Assembly: GCF_006345805.1 (NCBI RefSeq)
Contig: NC_043021.1
Coordinates: 1-64,000 of the forward strand
Direction of reading: 5' to 3'
Origin: Octopus sinensis
Taxonomy: Eukaryota
Length of the DNA stretch: 64,000 nt
Both the position numbers and the translations under genes were made by a program. Shown in pieces: positions 25,944 through 39,266 of the stretch (within the stretch, counting starts at the first letter, position 1; each line of letters begins with the position of its first letter). The notes below the pieces were generated by a model that had not been told where the DNA came from, searched no databases, and saw only the letters and a program-made list of their open reading frames with translations.

Positions 25944-26924
25944 ATGTTTTTGGAAACTAAAAGGAAAACTAAATCAGTATACCAAATCGCTTGTCCTATG
26001 GTTAATCTGGAAGCGCGTCCCCCAGGGAAGAGCCAGCCTGGGATCGAAAAGTCATCAACTGGCACAAACTCTTCTCCGAATACGGACATGGATGGTCACT
26101 TGAACGGGAAATCCCCCAACTCGAGCCCTCCATGTTCACCACCACAACCACCACAGAAAGAAAAATGTAAGCGGAACAAATGGACCCGAGAAGAGTATAA
26201 AGAAGTAATATACGCTTATTACTATGCATTAGGTAGGCCATCTCAAGAGAGACACACCGCAAACTCTTACAGTATATGGAGAACACGGAATCAAGACAGT
26301 AGGCCCTATTTGGATGAGAACAAATTAGCAAATGTGAGGAGGGATATCTTTAGAAATAACAGACTCACAGACAGTGAAATAAGTGCGATCAAGCACGCAA
26401 CGGAAAATGACATAAATATAAGACACAAAGGAAATGAAGAATCAGATGAACAGTATAGCCCGCCACGAGGCTTAATTGAAAGACTGCCATCTGACCAAAG
26501 TACGCAAAGGCCTGAAGATACAAGAAATTCTATTGTACCTGTTAAAGATAGCCAGGAAAACGAAAAAACAACAGTAACTGAAGATCTCGCATTTGCTGAA
26601 GAACACAGAGAGTCTATGGCAGAAATGAGGCAGAAAATCCTGAATACGCTTGAAGTTGTAAGACATACAAGTATGAATGATAGAGAACCGCTTCATAAAC
26701 TCTCAAATACAAACCAAAATAAAAAACAAATCCAAATTGGCAACTATGTAACAAATGAAATAATACGAGAATTAAAACCTGATTTTACTGAGTTAAATGA
26801 AATTATTTACGCTTCTGCTAGGGCAATTGAAACCAGCTGTATGCCCCCGAAAAAACAAAGAAAACAAAACTGGGAAGAAATCAAACCTGGAGAAGTAAAA
26901 TTGAAAAAGAGATTGAATTTATGA
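25944..26924 (+). CDS. N-terminal segment of the R4-type retrotransposon ORF
   Basis: 326 aa containing RNKWTREEYKEVIYAYY...SIWRTRN...NKLANVRRDIFRNNRLTDSEI, the N-terminal motif typical of R4-clade ORFs; frameshifts into the next ORF near 26831-26890. Confidence 0.85.
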   Translation: MFLETKRKTKSVYQIACPMVNLEARPPGKSQPGIEKSSTGTNSSPNTDMDGHLNGKSPNSSPPCSPPQPPQKEKCKRNKWTREEYKEVIYAYYYALGRPSQERHTANSYSIWRTRNQDSRPYLDENKLANVRRDIFRNNRLTDSEISAIKHATENDINIRHKGNEESDEQYSPPRGLIERLPSDQSTQRPEDTRNSIVPVKDSQENEKTTVTEDLAFAEEHRESMAEMRQKILNTLEVVRHTSMNDREPLHKLSNTNQNKKQIQIGNYVTNEIIRELKPDFTELNEIIYASARAIETSCMPPKKQRKQNWEEIKPGEVKLKKRLNL

Positions 26925-29632
26925 GAGGGGAAATATCAATATTAAATGAACTAATATGTGGAAATGATGTAAGATCCAGAACAGGAAGAAAGATGAAGAG
27001 AAAATTTGGATCCTCACCAAGAGAAGAACTGATATCAATAAAAGAAACGCTGAAACAAAAAGTCCAAGCAAAAGCCCAAAGAATACGAAGATTTGAGAAG
27101 AGAAACAAGTTTTACAAGCAAAATAAGCTGTTCACATCCAATGCCAAAAAATTCTACAGAGAAATAGGGAAGGAGAAAGTAACCGTTAAAGACCCCCCTC
27201 CCATGGAAGAAGTTCAAAACTTTTGGGAAAGGATTTGGAGTGACAAGAAGACGTACAACATAAATGCAGACTGGATTATACAAACTGAAGGATCCTACCA
27301 AAATTTACAACAACAAGCATGGGAAGACATCACAATAGCAGACCTAAGAAAGGCACTCACGAAGGCCCATAATTGGAAATCCCCCGGTAAAGATAGGGTG
27401 CCGAATTTCTGGCTCGCATCGCTCCCGTGCGCACACGGTAAGCTAGTTCAGCTGCTCAATGGAATTTTGAGAGACCCAAAGAAAACACCTGAATGGTTAG
27501 CAAGTGGCATTACTTACCTACTCCCAAAGAATAACGAAACCAACCTTCCAAAAAACTATCGGCCTATAACCTGTCTATCCACCACGTATAAAATCCTAAC
27601 ATCTATCCTGGCGGAGAAAACATATGCATTCATGGAGAAGAACGATATTTTCCCCATTGAACAAAAAGGGTGCCGCCGAGGCTCTTACGGATGCAAAGAT
27701 CAACTGCTAATCAATCGTATGATCCTTGAGAACTGTCACAACAAGCGCAGAAATCTCAGCACCGCATGGATTGACTATAAAAAGGCCTTCGACAGTATAC
27801 CGCATCCATGGATCTTGAGATCGCTGGACATCTTCAAAATTTCCCCTGTGATTTCAAACTTCCTGAAGCACAATATGTCGTTGTGGAATACGAATCTCCA
27901 ATTATACCACTCTAATGGAGTACTTGCCTCAGAAAATATAAACATCAACTGTGGAATTTTTCAAGGTGACTCACTTTCACCTTTAATATTCTGCATAGCC
28001 CTAATACCCCTTACAAGTGAATTAAACAGAACAGGGTATGGGTATAAAATTGCCAATAAAAAAATAAGCCATCTATTTTATATGGATGACTTAAAACTTT
28101 ATGGTAAAGACAATAATGAACTTGAAGGCCTATTGCGCACCGTGAAAGCATTCAGCGATGACATCGGGATGGAGTTTGGACTTGAGAAGTGTGCCAAGGC
28201 CACTTTCCAGAAAGGGAAAGTGAAGACCACAAATTCAGTCGTGTTAGATGTTGACACAGTCATAAGAGAGCTTGAGCAAGAACAAACATACAAATATTTA
28301 GGGATAAATGAAGGCTCTGGTATTCAGCATGCAAGCATGAAAGAGAAAATCAGGAAGGAATGTTATAGGAGAGTTCGTGCAGTCCTGAAATCTGAACTAA
28401 ATGCACGTAACAAGGTGTTAGCTATAAATTCCTTAGCAGTTCCAGTTGTTACTTATAGCTACAATGTGTTGAACTGGAATATGAGTGAAGTAAAGAATAT
28501 AGATAGAAAAATACGCAAGCTGCTGAGTTGTAATAGGATGCACCACCCAAAGGCAGACGTAGATCGCCTTTACCTTCCCAGAGCCCAAGGAGGTCGAGGC
28601 CTGATCCAATTTGAACTAGCTTACAAAACAACCACAATTGGACTGGCCAAATATCTCGAAATATCGAATGACTGGATGCTAAAGCTCGTGGAAAATCACG
28701 AGAGACGAAAGAAGCTTCATTCTATCATCAAGGAAAGCAAAAAATTTGCTATTGATCTCGTGCAGGATACCCAAACTGAACAACCCGAGGGAAGTACGGC
28801 AACTATTGTTGCAAAGAAGGTGAAAATGATGGCAATGAAAAAAGCGCACGAGCAATTGGCTGATAGGTGGGAGGAGAAACCTCTGCACGGCAAATATGTG
28901 ACCCGCAGCAAACAAGCTGATGTTGACCAGAAGCAAACCCATCAGTGGCTGCGGAGCTCAGGGCTAAAAGCAGAGAGCGAAGGTTTCATCCTGGCTGCTC
29001 AAGACCAAAGCCTATTAACCCGGAACTACCAGGCCAATGTGATGAAAAATGGAGCAGACCCAAAATGCCGATTCTGCAACGACATGATTGAAACAGTGGA
29101 CCACCTAATCTCTGGATGTAAAGTCTTAGCACCAGTGGAGTATAAATTAAGACATGACAGAGTTGGCCAATATCTCCACTGGCTAATAAGTCGGCATTAC
29201 AATATCAAAACTGCCGACAAGTGGTATAATCACCACCCTGAGGCTGTAACTGAAGGAGAAAATGTAACCATTCTGTGGGACTTTCCAGTACATACAGACC
29301 GAACCATCAAGGCCAATAAACCAGATATTGTTGTGAAAGACCAAAACAATAAAGTTTGCTTATTGATCGACATGAGCATCCCCTGTGATCATAATATCTC
29401 AGCGAAAGAGTTTGACAAGCTCAGAAAATATAAAGACCTACTCATTGAAATTGAGAAAATGTGGCATCTCAAGGCGGTTACAATACCAGTGATCGTAGGA
29501 GCACTAGGAATGATCAAGAAGGGAACCGAAAATTATATGAGAATGATCCCTGGCTTACCATCCCTGCAAGAAGTGCAAAAGATTGTCTTAACTGGTACAT
29601 CACACGTATTGAGAAGAGCATTGTCGATGTGA
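26921..29632 (+). CDS. Reverse transcriptase / CCHC knuckle / restriction-like endonuclease
   Basis: NWKSPGKDRVPNFW, NYRPITCL, EQKGCR, WIDYKKAFDSIPH, GIFQGDSLSPL, HLFYMDDLKL, HHPKADVDRLY, CRFCNDMIETVDHLISGC, RHD, KPDIVV, IDMSIP, KLRKYKDL. The frame is already open from 26831. Confidence 0.95.
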   Translation: MRGEISILNELICGNDVRSRTGRKMKRKFGSSPREELISIKETLKQKVQAKAQRIRRFEKRNKFYKQNKLFTSNAKKFYREIGKEKVTVKDPPPMEEVQNFWERIWSDKKTYNINADWIIQTEGSYQNLQQQAWEDITIADLRKALTKAHNWKSPGKDRVPNFWLASLPCAHGKLVQLLNGILRDPKKTPEWLASGITYLLPKNNETNLPKNYRPITCLSTTYKILTSILAEKTYAFMEKNDIFPIEQKGCRRGSYGCKDQLLINRMILENCHNKRRNLSTAWIDYKKAFDSIPHPWILRSLDIFKISPVISNFLKHNMSLWNTNLQLYHSNGVLASENININCGIFQGDSLSPLIFCIALIPLTSELNRTGYGYKIANKKISHLFYMDDLKLYGKDNNELEGLLRTVKAFSDDIGMEFGLEKCAKATFQKGKVKTTNSVVLDVDTVIRELEQEQTYKYLGINEGSGIQHASMKEKIRKECYRRVRAVLKSELNARNKVLAINSLAVPVVTYSYNVLNWNMSEVKNIDRKIRKLLSCNRMHHPKADVDRLYLPRAQGGRGLIQFELAYKTTTIGLAKYLEISNDWMLKLVENHERRKKLHSIIKESKKFAIDLVQDTQTEQPEGSTATIVAKKVKMMAMKKAHEQLADRWEEKPLHGKYVTRSKQADVDQKQTHQWLRSSGLKAESEGFILAAQDQSLLTRNYQANVMKNGADPKCRFCNDMIETVDHLISGCKVLAPVEYKLRHDRVGQYLHWLISRHYNIKTADKWYNHHPEAVTEGENVTILWDFPVHTDRTIKANKPDIVVKDQNNKVCLLIDMSIPCDHNISAKEFDKLRKYKDLLIEIEKMWHLKAVTIPVIVGALGMIKKGTENYMRMIPGLPSLQEVQKIVLTGTSHVLRRALSM

Positions 29633-29807
29633 GAACTGTTGCTGCTCATGTATTTTAATTTAACTTAAAAAAAAAAAAAAAAAAAATGAACGAACTACTG
29701 AGTTTGGTTTAATGGCCTACCAATATACACTATGAGTTTCTTTGCCCTAGGAGTCGGGAAGACACTCGGCAAGAAATGGAAGAAAATTTGAAAGAAGAAA
29801 AAAAAAG

Positions 29808-29902
29808 TAATAATAATAATAATAATAATAAGATAATGATAATAATAAAATGATAATAATAAAATAATGATAATAATAATAATAATAATAAGAATAATAA
29901 TG

Positions 29903-29933
<31 letters not shown>

Positions 29934-29938
29934 TGATG

Positions 29939-29978
<40 letters not shown>

Positions 29979-30052
29979 TAATAATAATAATAATGATGAT
30001 AATAATAATAATAATAATAATAATATAATAATAATATAATGATAATAATATA

Positions 30053-30084
<32 letters not shown>

Positions 30085-30103
30085 GATAATAATAATAATA
30101 ATG

Positions 30104-30136
<33 letters not shown>

Positions 30137-30257
30137 TAATAATAATAATAACGATAATGATAATAATAATAATAATAATAATGATAATAAAATAATAATA
30201 ATAATATAATAATAATAATAATATAATAATAATAATAATGATAATAATAATAATAAT
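29808..30257. repeat. (TAA)n array at the 3' junction of the retrotransposon
   Basis: Direct reading. Confidence 0.95.
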
Positions 30258-31630
30258 CTTTAAATCATGTCTCAAACAATAAATTACACAACAAAAGATT
30301 CGTTTTCTGTGTCCCAAAGTACATCTGAACTCATGCATATAAACATGCAAGATTAGCGCATGCGCTGTGAAAAAATACCGTAACAGTATCTACAACAGTA
30401 AAATGTTGCTGCTTCATGAAACATGCGTCTGTTGTGATTAGTTCTTCGTCTCTGTTTTTACGGAAAGGCATTGTGTATGGTTCCAGCTGTAACATTGATC
30501 ACACTGGGGGATGTGAGACATACCCTCCAGCTGTCGTATCGTTTTTAATTCAATAATTCAGTCACACTTTAGATTAGTCAGGTCATTTCCTCACAACATT
30601 AGAAACAATTTGTATAGCTGCAAGGATTAGCAAAGAATTGTAACATTTCACTTACAGACACAGCTACCAGGGTTAAGTGCTTATTTTAGTTTAGTTAATT
30701 AGTAACCCATCGACAATTCCATGTAAGAAACGGAAAGATTTCTATCGACCGTTAAATCCCCAAATAGGGTGGTGGGGCGGACACAAGTGTAGTTCAGCGT
30801 CGGCCACACATAGCTGTGTGCTAGTTAAAATACTTATCGTTGACTTGAAGACAGAAAGTGCGTTTATGTTTCGCGTTGCAGGTCCTTTATCAAGAATGTG
30901 AAGCTTGGTGATGAGGCATATTTACAAGCGGTTTCACTACATTATTGATTCCGATTATATTTCGTGGAATCACAAATATATTTGAGACACAACCGTTTTC
31001 CTTATTACTTATATATTCTACTCTATCATAGCAGTAATTATACCACATTTACTGCATTCTTCATCAATATTCTAGCACATATATAGCTAGTAGTCTTGTC
31101 TGCAATAAAGTTATAATAAAGCTAGTAGACTTTTTGTTTTACACTAAAGTCTGGTTTCAACTCTCATCAAGGCGAACTTGGTATTTGCTAGTTCTCGGGT
31201 CAATAAAATAGATATTCGAAGACTGCATACCTTCACTAAATCAGATATATCTGCTGTATGGTACCGAGAACAGGAATCACAATGGGAAATTTGTTGCAGA
31301 TCGCACTGAGCCATTTCCTCTGCTAAAGACCAAGATATTTGCCATGCTTTATGTATGTGCTTTCATGCATAAAAGCTGCATATCTAGACATGCTCATATA
31401 TATATTTAAATGTTAGACTTCTGGAAAGTTTTACAGATTTTTACAGTTCCAGTGATGGATAGGATCTGTAGTCTTCGAATTAGCTTTCTCCTTTCTGGTT
31501 TTGAGATGCCTAATTTCTCAAGATTGGTATTTAGGATGTGTGTTACATATCCCGTATGTATGTATGTATGTATGTATGTATGTATGTATGTATGTATGTA
31601 TGTATGTATGTATGTATGTATGCATGCATG

Positions 31631-31662
<32 letters not shown>

Positions 31663-33444
31663 AACTAAAATCAGAATGTAAAGCCGGACGAAATGCCGCT
31701 AAGTATTTTGTCCGGCGTGCTGAAAATTTGGCCGCCTCGCCGCCTTAAGCCATGTTATACGATAATAACACAATTGATGTGACTACAGACAGCAGAGTAC
31801 ACGTGAACTCAACTGATTCTTGACTTAAGAAGGACTAAACATACGATTATAAATAATTATAATTAATTTGAGGCAATGAGGTTTTTTTGATTTGCAAAGA
31901 AATTATAGGGAAAGGAAGTCTGGATGCATCACAGTAAAGACCACATAAAGTGGGAAATATGTTTATACAAATATATATATGCGTGTGCGTATGCATGTAT
32001 ATTATATACATATATCTATATACACACACACATACACTTATATATATATATACACATATATCTATAATATATATATAAAGAGAGATAAATCGATTGATAG
32101 ATATACATGTATGCGTGCATGTGTGTCTGTGTGTGGACTGTGTGTGGACTGTGTGTGGACTGTGCGTGTATGTGTTTTATTCTGTTTAGAACATTCCAGA
32201 TAGCTCCCAAGATTACACGTGTTAATCAACTGAAGTATAAATGAATAGAAACGAAATAATTATTTTCGCATCAAGTGAATTCGATAATAATTATCAACTG
32301 ATAATGTTGCTAATTATTTTAACAGGAGGTCGACCAGTCTGTTATGGATGATGGGTAGCATATCTTATTGATCGAGTTATTAACGCGAAAATATACGATA
32401 TTGCTTGGTTCACTTCCGCACACATATTTCGTACCTACTCAGCCGTGTGTGTGTGTGTTTGTGTAGATAGACAGATAAATAGATAGATAGATAAATGGAT
32501 AGATAGATAGACACATACACTTACACATACACAAACACACGCACAACAGACACACACACGCGCGCGCACAAACACACACTTTGTTGCTTGTGACATTTGA
32601 TGCGATAATTCTGAAGCTGCGGTGGAGAAATGTTTTAGAAATGTAAGACAAAGTCTGAGATGCTGAAGATAGACCAGTTGACGGCTGGAGTGAGAGAACC
32701 GAGGCATCCTAAGAACGGAGAACCAATTTGATTGGGCAAAGTGCGTGGAGGAATGTGGACAATATCTGGTTCTTGGAAGGGAGCAGATATGACGGTTTAG
32801 GGTTAAAGAGCTGAAAGGAGGAATATGCTTGGGTTTATGTTTAGGTTATTTAAATGTTTACATGTCTGTGATTGTAAAAGTTCCTGAAATAATGAACTAA
32901 AACATCTTGAATTAAAAATGAAGGTATTTTTTTAGTTTGTAACAAATTATTTGAAGTAAAATTTCAAAACAAATTGAAAGTAAGTCATTAAAGTGAAGCT
33001 AGCTTAGCGTATTACCTAAAATTTATAATTTATAAAATAACTTATTTTTGGTGATAAAGTCATTAAAATTTCTAAGTTATTAAGTAGCTATTTAGATTTC
33101 ATTTTGTTTAATAAGATATCTGCAAAATTTGTACTTTAATTAAAATTTTAATTAAAATTAATTAGGGGTAAATCTTAATTATTTCACATAGTCTTATATC
33201 AGTTTTAGTCGGCGGAAACAACGGAGTTCTGAAACGATAAGGAAAAAGGATAAAAAAGCTATTTAGAGTTTATTATTATAAGTGAAATTAATAATGGTGG
33301 CGCGAGAGGAACAACTAATTTTGTGATGTGGTAGCTTAGAAATATCTTTGCGAGGAATTTCCGTTGACTGACCTAAATTAATAGGTATATACCATGAAAG
33401 CTTACTTTGGTTTACCACTCCAGAGTTTGGTGCTGAGACTTGAG

Positions 33445-33592
33445 GTAGCGCAGGTGTTGCTGTGTGGAAAGATGGTCCGGGTTCAGTCACACCGTGTAGC
33501 ACCTTGGGCAAGTGTCTTCCACTATAACCTCGGGCCTACCAAAGTCTTATGAGTGAATCTGGTGGATGGAAACTGAAAGAAGCCCATCGAGT
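33445..33592 (+). mobile_element. SINE fragment (family B)
   Basis: ATGGTCCGGGTTCAGTC...CACCTTGGGCAAGTGTCTT...GGAAACTGAAAGAAGCCC, shared with 59695-60090. Confidence 0.75.
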
Positions 33593-33599
33593 GTGTGTG

Positions 33600-33647
<48 letters not shown>

Positions 33648-34049
33648 CACAGATAAGATGGTGTTGTTTCGAACGCACAGTTGCCGTTAGAACAACAGAA
33701 ACACTGGGTAAATTATCCTAACAAAGCGGAAATATTTAACAACCAGCCATGGGACACGAACCCGCATTCCCTAAAGTCCAAAGTCAACTGTTTTACGATT
33801 AAGCCAAACCACCCGCTAACAAATTCCCCGCTGAATTTGGACTCTAAATACTTTATCTTTATGATTATTGGCAAATGTTTCCGCCTTGCAACGGCCATTT
33901 AACCAGTATTTCGGCTGTTCTCGCGGCAACTTATTTGTATTGTACGATACACATTTTCGACGCTTTTAATAAAACAACAACTATCTGTTCGTTTACATTT
34001 ATACACATTTGTATATTTATATGTGTGTGTGTGTATTACTTTTTTCTGT

Positions 34050-34365
34050 CATTTAACTGCGGCCATACTGGAGCACCGCCTTTAGTTGAACAAATCGGCC
34101 CCAGGACTAATTCTTTGTCAGCCTTGTACTTATGTTATCGGTTACTTTTGCCGAACCGCTAAGTTACAGGGACGTAAATACATCAGGCGATGGGAGGAGG
34201 AACAAACAGATACACAAACATACACACACACACACAAACACACATACATATATATATATGTATACGACGTGCTTCTTTCAGTTTCCGTCTACCATTCGCA
34301 AGGCTTTTGTCAGCCCGAAGCTATAGTAGAAGACACTTGCTCAAGGACTAAACCCAGAACCATGC
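34050..34365 (-). mobile_element. SINE (family B)
   Basis: Reverse-complement homologue of 59695-60090, including the internal (CA)/(TA) tract and GCTCCAGTATGGCCGCAG tail. Confidence 0.8.
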
Positions 34366-35845
34366 GCCTATGTTTATGTGTGTGTGTGTGTGTGTGTGTG
34401 TGCATGACTAATATGCTTATATGCAAACTACATATGCTATGTGTATGTATATATTGTTTTAAAAAAAACCTAAATCTTTCTATATAACCAGTATAGGAAT
34501 AAACTAGATTTAGAAAGTTAAGAATTCAGAAGATTAATAATTGCAGTTATTGATTTTATTGAAAAAAAATGGGTGGGGGCGAAAAATAGAATTATAATGA
34601 AGTGATTGTGTCAAATTATATTAAACTGCATTTGGTGAGTGGGGAATATATTTTGTTGTTGCAAAGAATATTTGATGGAAATTTCAGTATATACCAATGG
34701 TGATGTAGCGAAGTCAGTTAAAAGGGGTGTGCGGGGTGTTTATTGTGTTGTGTGTGTATGTGTGTGTGTGTGTGTGTGTGTTTATAGACAGATAGATAAT
34801 TAGACAGATAAACACTCATAACACACACACATATACACAAAAACATATGGCATACATATATATATATATATCTATATATGTGTGTGTATGTATGCATGTG
34901 TAGATATGTGTATATGTATGTGTATGTAAGTGTGTATGTATGTGTATGTATTTGTGTATGTCTGTACGTATGTATGTGTGTATGCATGTGTGTATGTATG
35001 TATGTACGTATATATGTGAGTATGTATGTTGGTATGTATGTATGCATATATATGTATGTATGTATGTACGTACGTATGTATGTATGTATATATGTACGTA
35101 CGTATGTATATATGTATGTATGTATGCATGCATGCATGGATGTATGTATGTATTTATGTATGTGTGTGTGTGCATATGTATGAATATTGAGTCTGTAGGC
35201 AGTTATTGTAGAACGGATGTATGAAACGGAGGTGGTGGTGGTGGGGAAGAGTCATTTTAAGGTTTTTAATGTTTAAAAACAAAATGTAAAAACTCAGAAT
35301 ATTATTAATAATTAATTAAGATGATTTAAATATAAAAACTAACAATTTTCAGTTGAAGCAAAGATGTTATTTACTAAAACAAAGAACATGTACGTAAAAA
35401 AATAGGTTATGAAATTAATAGGAATCGCATGAAGACGGCGTAGAATGGAATATAAATAAATATATAAATATTTATTGGGTGACTTTGATATGGAATAAAT
35501 ATAAAATAAGTTATTGAAGGAGGTTGGAAGGTTGGCTACGATGTGGGGAAGAAGTTCAAATACAAAAGCATTCAAAGATATTCACATAAACCATGCATAT
35601 CTTAACATAATGACAGGGTTGTGTTATGTCATCTGCAATTAGTGTGGAGATGTCTACGAAGCAGATGATGTCAGTCGGAGCCATTTGGTGAATGTTAAAT
35701 GCTGGGGAAGAATCGAATTTGAAGTTTTGTGAAAAAGGAATCCGACGGAGAATAGACTCCAGATTATAGATTATTTGAACGTAATAGGAAGCAGGAATAA
35801 AAAAAAAAGAGAGAGAAGAAAACAGAGATTACATACACACACACA

Positions 35846-35935
<90 letters not shown>

Positions 35936-36097
35936 TGTGTATATATAGATATGAAGAGGAAAAGAGATGTGTCTATATTTGCATAACTACTGGTAGAGCC
36001 AGAATAGATTCGAACTTGTATATGCCTATAAATTATATGGAAGTAGATAACTATATGCTGATAAATATGCATCTGTAAGTGTATATACATACATATA

Positions 36098-36144
<47 letters not shown>

Positions 36145-36282
36145 GTATATACATACATACACACACACACACACACATATATATATATGCATGTATGTAT
36201 ATACATACATACATATATATATATATATACACACACACATATATATATATATATGTGTGTGTGTGTATGTATGTATGTATAT

Positions 36283-36335
<53 letters not shown>

Positions 36336-36399
36336 TGACTCAGGCCATGGCCAACTTAACAGCTGCTCCTGGAAAAAAAAATTAATGATACTTCATTGT

Positions 36400-36790
36400 T
36401 CGGGCATCTGAGCCCATTCGTGTAAAGAGTTATCGTGTGCAGAGATATATCCGGGTGTAGGTAGATAATCTGGAATTTATCGGGAGATATTCGTCCAGGG
36501 ACCATTTGAATGCAATGAAATTTTTTTCTTCTCTTATGTTTTGGCGTGATGTTAAAGATAGCAGGGACAGAGGAAATAGTTCTGTCTTAGTGATGTGATG
36601 TGAAGCGAGTATGATTTCTGAATAGGACAGATAACACGGGACCAAGACTTAGGAGATTTTTTTAAAGTTGATGCTAACATCAATCGGGCAAAACAGTTGG
36701 AATATTTTCCAGGTCATCTGAATGATATCTCGCTCTCGGCGGCGTTGGAGGGTATAACGGTTGAGCTTCCCGAGACGATCTCAATAATTA
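36400..36790 (-). mobile_element. 3' relic of a CR1/L2-type LINE
   Basis: Minus strand RLGKLNRYTLQRRRERDIIQMTWKIF, then FKWSLDEYLP; resembles the post-RT C-terminus of CR1-group elements. Confidence 0.6.
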
Positions 36791-39266
36791 AAATCTGTCA
36801 TGTCCTCAATTTTTCTTTATTGTGATTGATCTCTGGGGGTATGCTTTAATGTTAGTGTATATGCATTAGTGTGTCTACATTACCCATATGCATAGACATC
36901 CCTACTTTCTGGCACACTGTTATCCAACATATATAATAAATTGCAACGTGTAATCAATAAACTCGACTCTATTCCCTTAAATACCCTGGGAACATGAAAG
37001 GTAAAGTTGACGATGATGAGATTTTAACCCCGACCATCAAATGCCGTAATTAAGCATAATAAGGTTTAATTGTTCGTCAACATTCCGATTCGATGTTCTA
37101 CTGTCGATGGTAGATAGTTTTATATTAACCTATTTAATGTTAAAGCATAGAACACAAGTTCACCGCAGATGGCCGTTAACCGTTCTGCTTACTTGCTGTT
37201 CTGATGATATGAAGCTATATCGATAATTCGTTAACACTGGCCTCAAAATCTTGTTACAATGTCACACAAACAATTAATGTACTTATCCAATAAGACAGGA
37301 AATTATTTGAAACCTTGTTGACATTTACAATACACGAACATGGAATCTTAGCATTGTATAAAACCAAATCTACGAATAGTTTTAAAGAAAACATCCTAAA
37401 AATTATTCTATGACCGCTACTTAACATTTTTATAGCATCGTGTTTTTGCCATCCAACACCACGTGCAACATCAAACAGCCATAAAATAAGGTCGAACTTG
37501 CTGCAAAACAACGATAAATATGCCAGAGCAGGGTCAAACACTCGACGCGTCAGAGTCAAATGTCCTCAGAATCACACTGAACACTGTACAAACAGATTTC
37601 CGACGCCCCCCTACGAAACCACCGACGCCAACAGAATTACTTCAAAGACCTCACACATAACATCAAACAATGAAACACCATTAAAAACCCATCAAACTAT
37701 CATCAAACATGAACGTCGGAAATCCAGACAATCTAAACAATCAAACTAGCAATCATCAATAAACTGAGACAGCAAAGCACGAGTGTGAATAGGTGGCGTT
37801 GCAGTCTCTAGCTCTGCTACATTAACACTCTATTCACTACAATTTAATTCGCTACAATTTCTAAACTTTTTTAGTTTTTTTCGAATTTCTTGGACTTCTG
37901 TCTCTAAAACTTTTTTTGTTGTTTGTTTTTTTTTTTGTTTTTGTTGTTTTTGGTGGGGTGGCGTTCTCTTTTATTTAGTTGGCCTTTTGGGGTGGATTCT
38001 ACCCAGAAATGGACGCCGTTATTATGTAAAGAGGCACCAGTACATGGTTAATCATGAAACCTTTATTTCATTCAGCATTTCCAACATTCCTATACACCTG
38101 GTATTAAGCATGTAAGAAATCTTTGCGAGTTCAGTCTTAGTTTGACCCCATCTTTACATCTAGGGACCTCACCTGTTTACGAATACTTATTAAAGCGTTC
38201 GAGATGTAACATTTTGCTTTTACAAGTAACAAAAAAAAAAACGGAAAAAGAATAAGAACAAGTGTCGAAAAATAACAACTTTCTAAGCAGTTCAGCAGAA
38301 AGAAATTTCAAATTTACTGTCAGCGGATAACGTCATTGAATTAAATATTCAATATCGCAGAATTACATTTGATGTTGTGAGTTAGCAGATGTTTCAAATT
38401 ACGTTAAACTGATACGTATTGCGGGGGAAGCACGACTGGCGAATACAAAAACGGTACAAGTGTGACGTTGAAACTGTTGCGCCTTAAACTGAGCCAAAGA
38501 GGAAATCTCCAACATGCTAGAAATAACAACCAAATATGTCTCAAAATGGACCTTCCTCTCTTAGGAGCATAACAAACGTTCTATAAGGTAATGTAGAAAG
38601 TATTTCACAATTCCTGAATAGAAGATGAGATGGCCCTCAGTGGAATGGCTTTGATTTATAGGTCTGTGGAATCAAAGATAGACCTGGGTTTAAACAACAT
38701 CAGAAATGACAATGAAGGTTACATTCTTTAATGCAGTCCTCGATACACAATGCCTTGAATACAGACAGGATGGTCGTATCTGGAATGTATTTTGATCATA
38801 TGCCAACTGAACTGTAGCCAACGAAAACAGCAAAGGCAGGTGGATGGACACATTAGCTGATGTATTCCTAGATATGTTATGTCTGAAAAAAGGAGTATGG
38901 CTACATTTGGAATTTTACCATATATAATGGAGTTTAATACAAACGGCAACAACAACAACAATAACAACAACGACAACGACAACAACTACACTGAAATGAA
39001 AATCGTTTTCTAGTTTAGCGGCAACAAGATGGAGGCATGCTAAGACAGAGTAAAACATGCTACATGCAGAGAAGACGAGGTTTGCTGTTGTAACACGAAA
39101 CAACCAGAGACCAGCAGCAGCAGCAGCAACAGCAATAGCAGCAACAGCAACAGCAGCAACAGCAACATGAGCAGAGTCACTAAAAGAACAACAACGACAA
39201 CAACGGAGTGCAATGACTGAAGTTGAAATGTGCAAAACGAGACAAGAGAGAGAGATGATAAAATGT

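Larger units (their letters stand above)
25835..29807 (+). mobile_element. Near full-length R4/Dong-type non-LTR retrotransposon (family 2), ~4 kb, ending in (TAA)n
   Basis: Preceded by GATAATAACAATAATAA and followed by a ~450-bp (TAA)n array; carries the two ORF segments listed below; ~175-bp 3' UTR. The 5' boundary is inferred. Confidence 0.93.
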
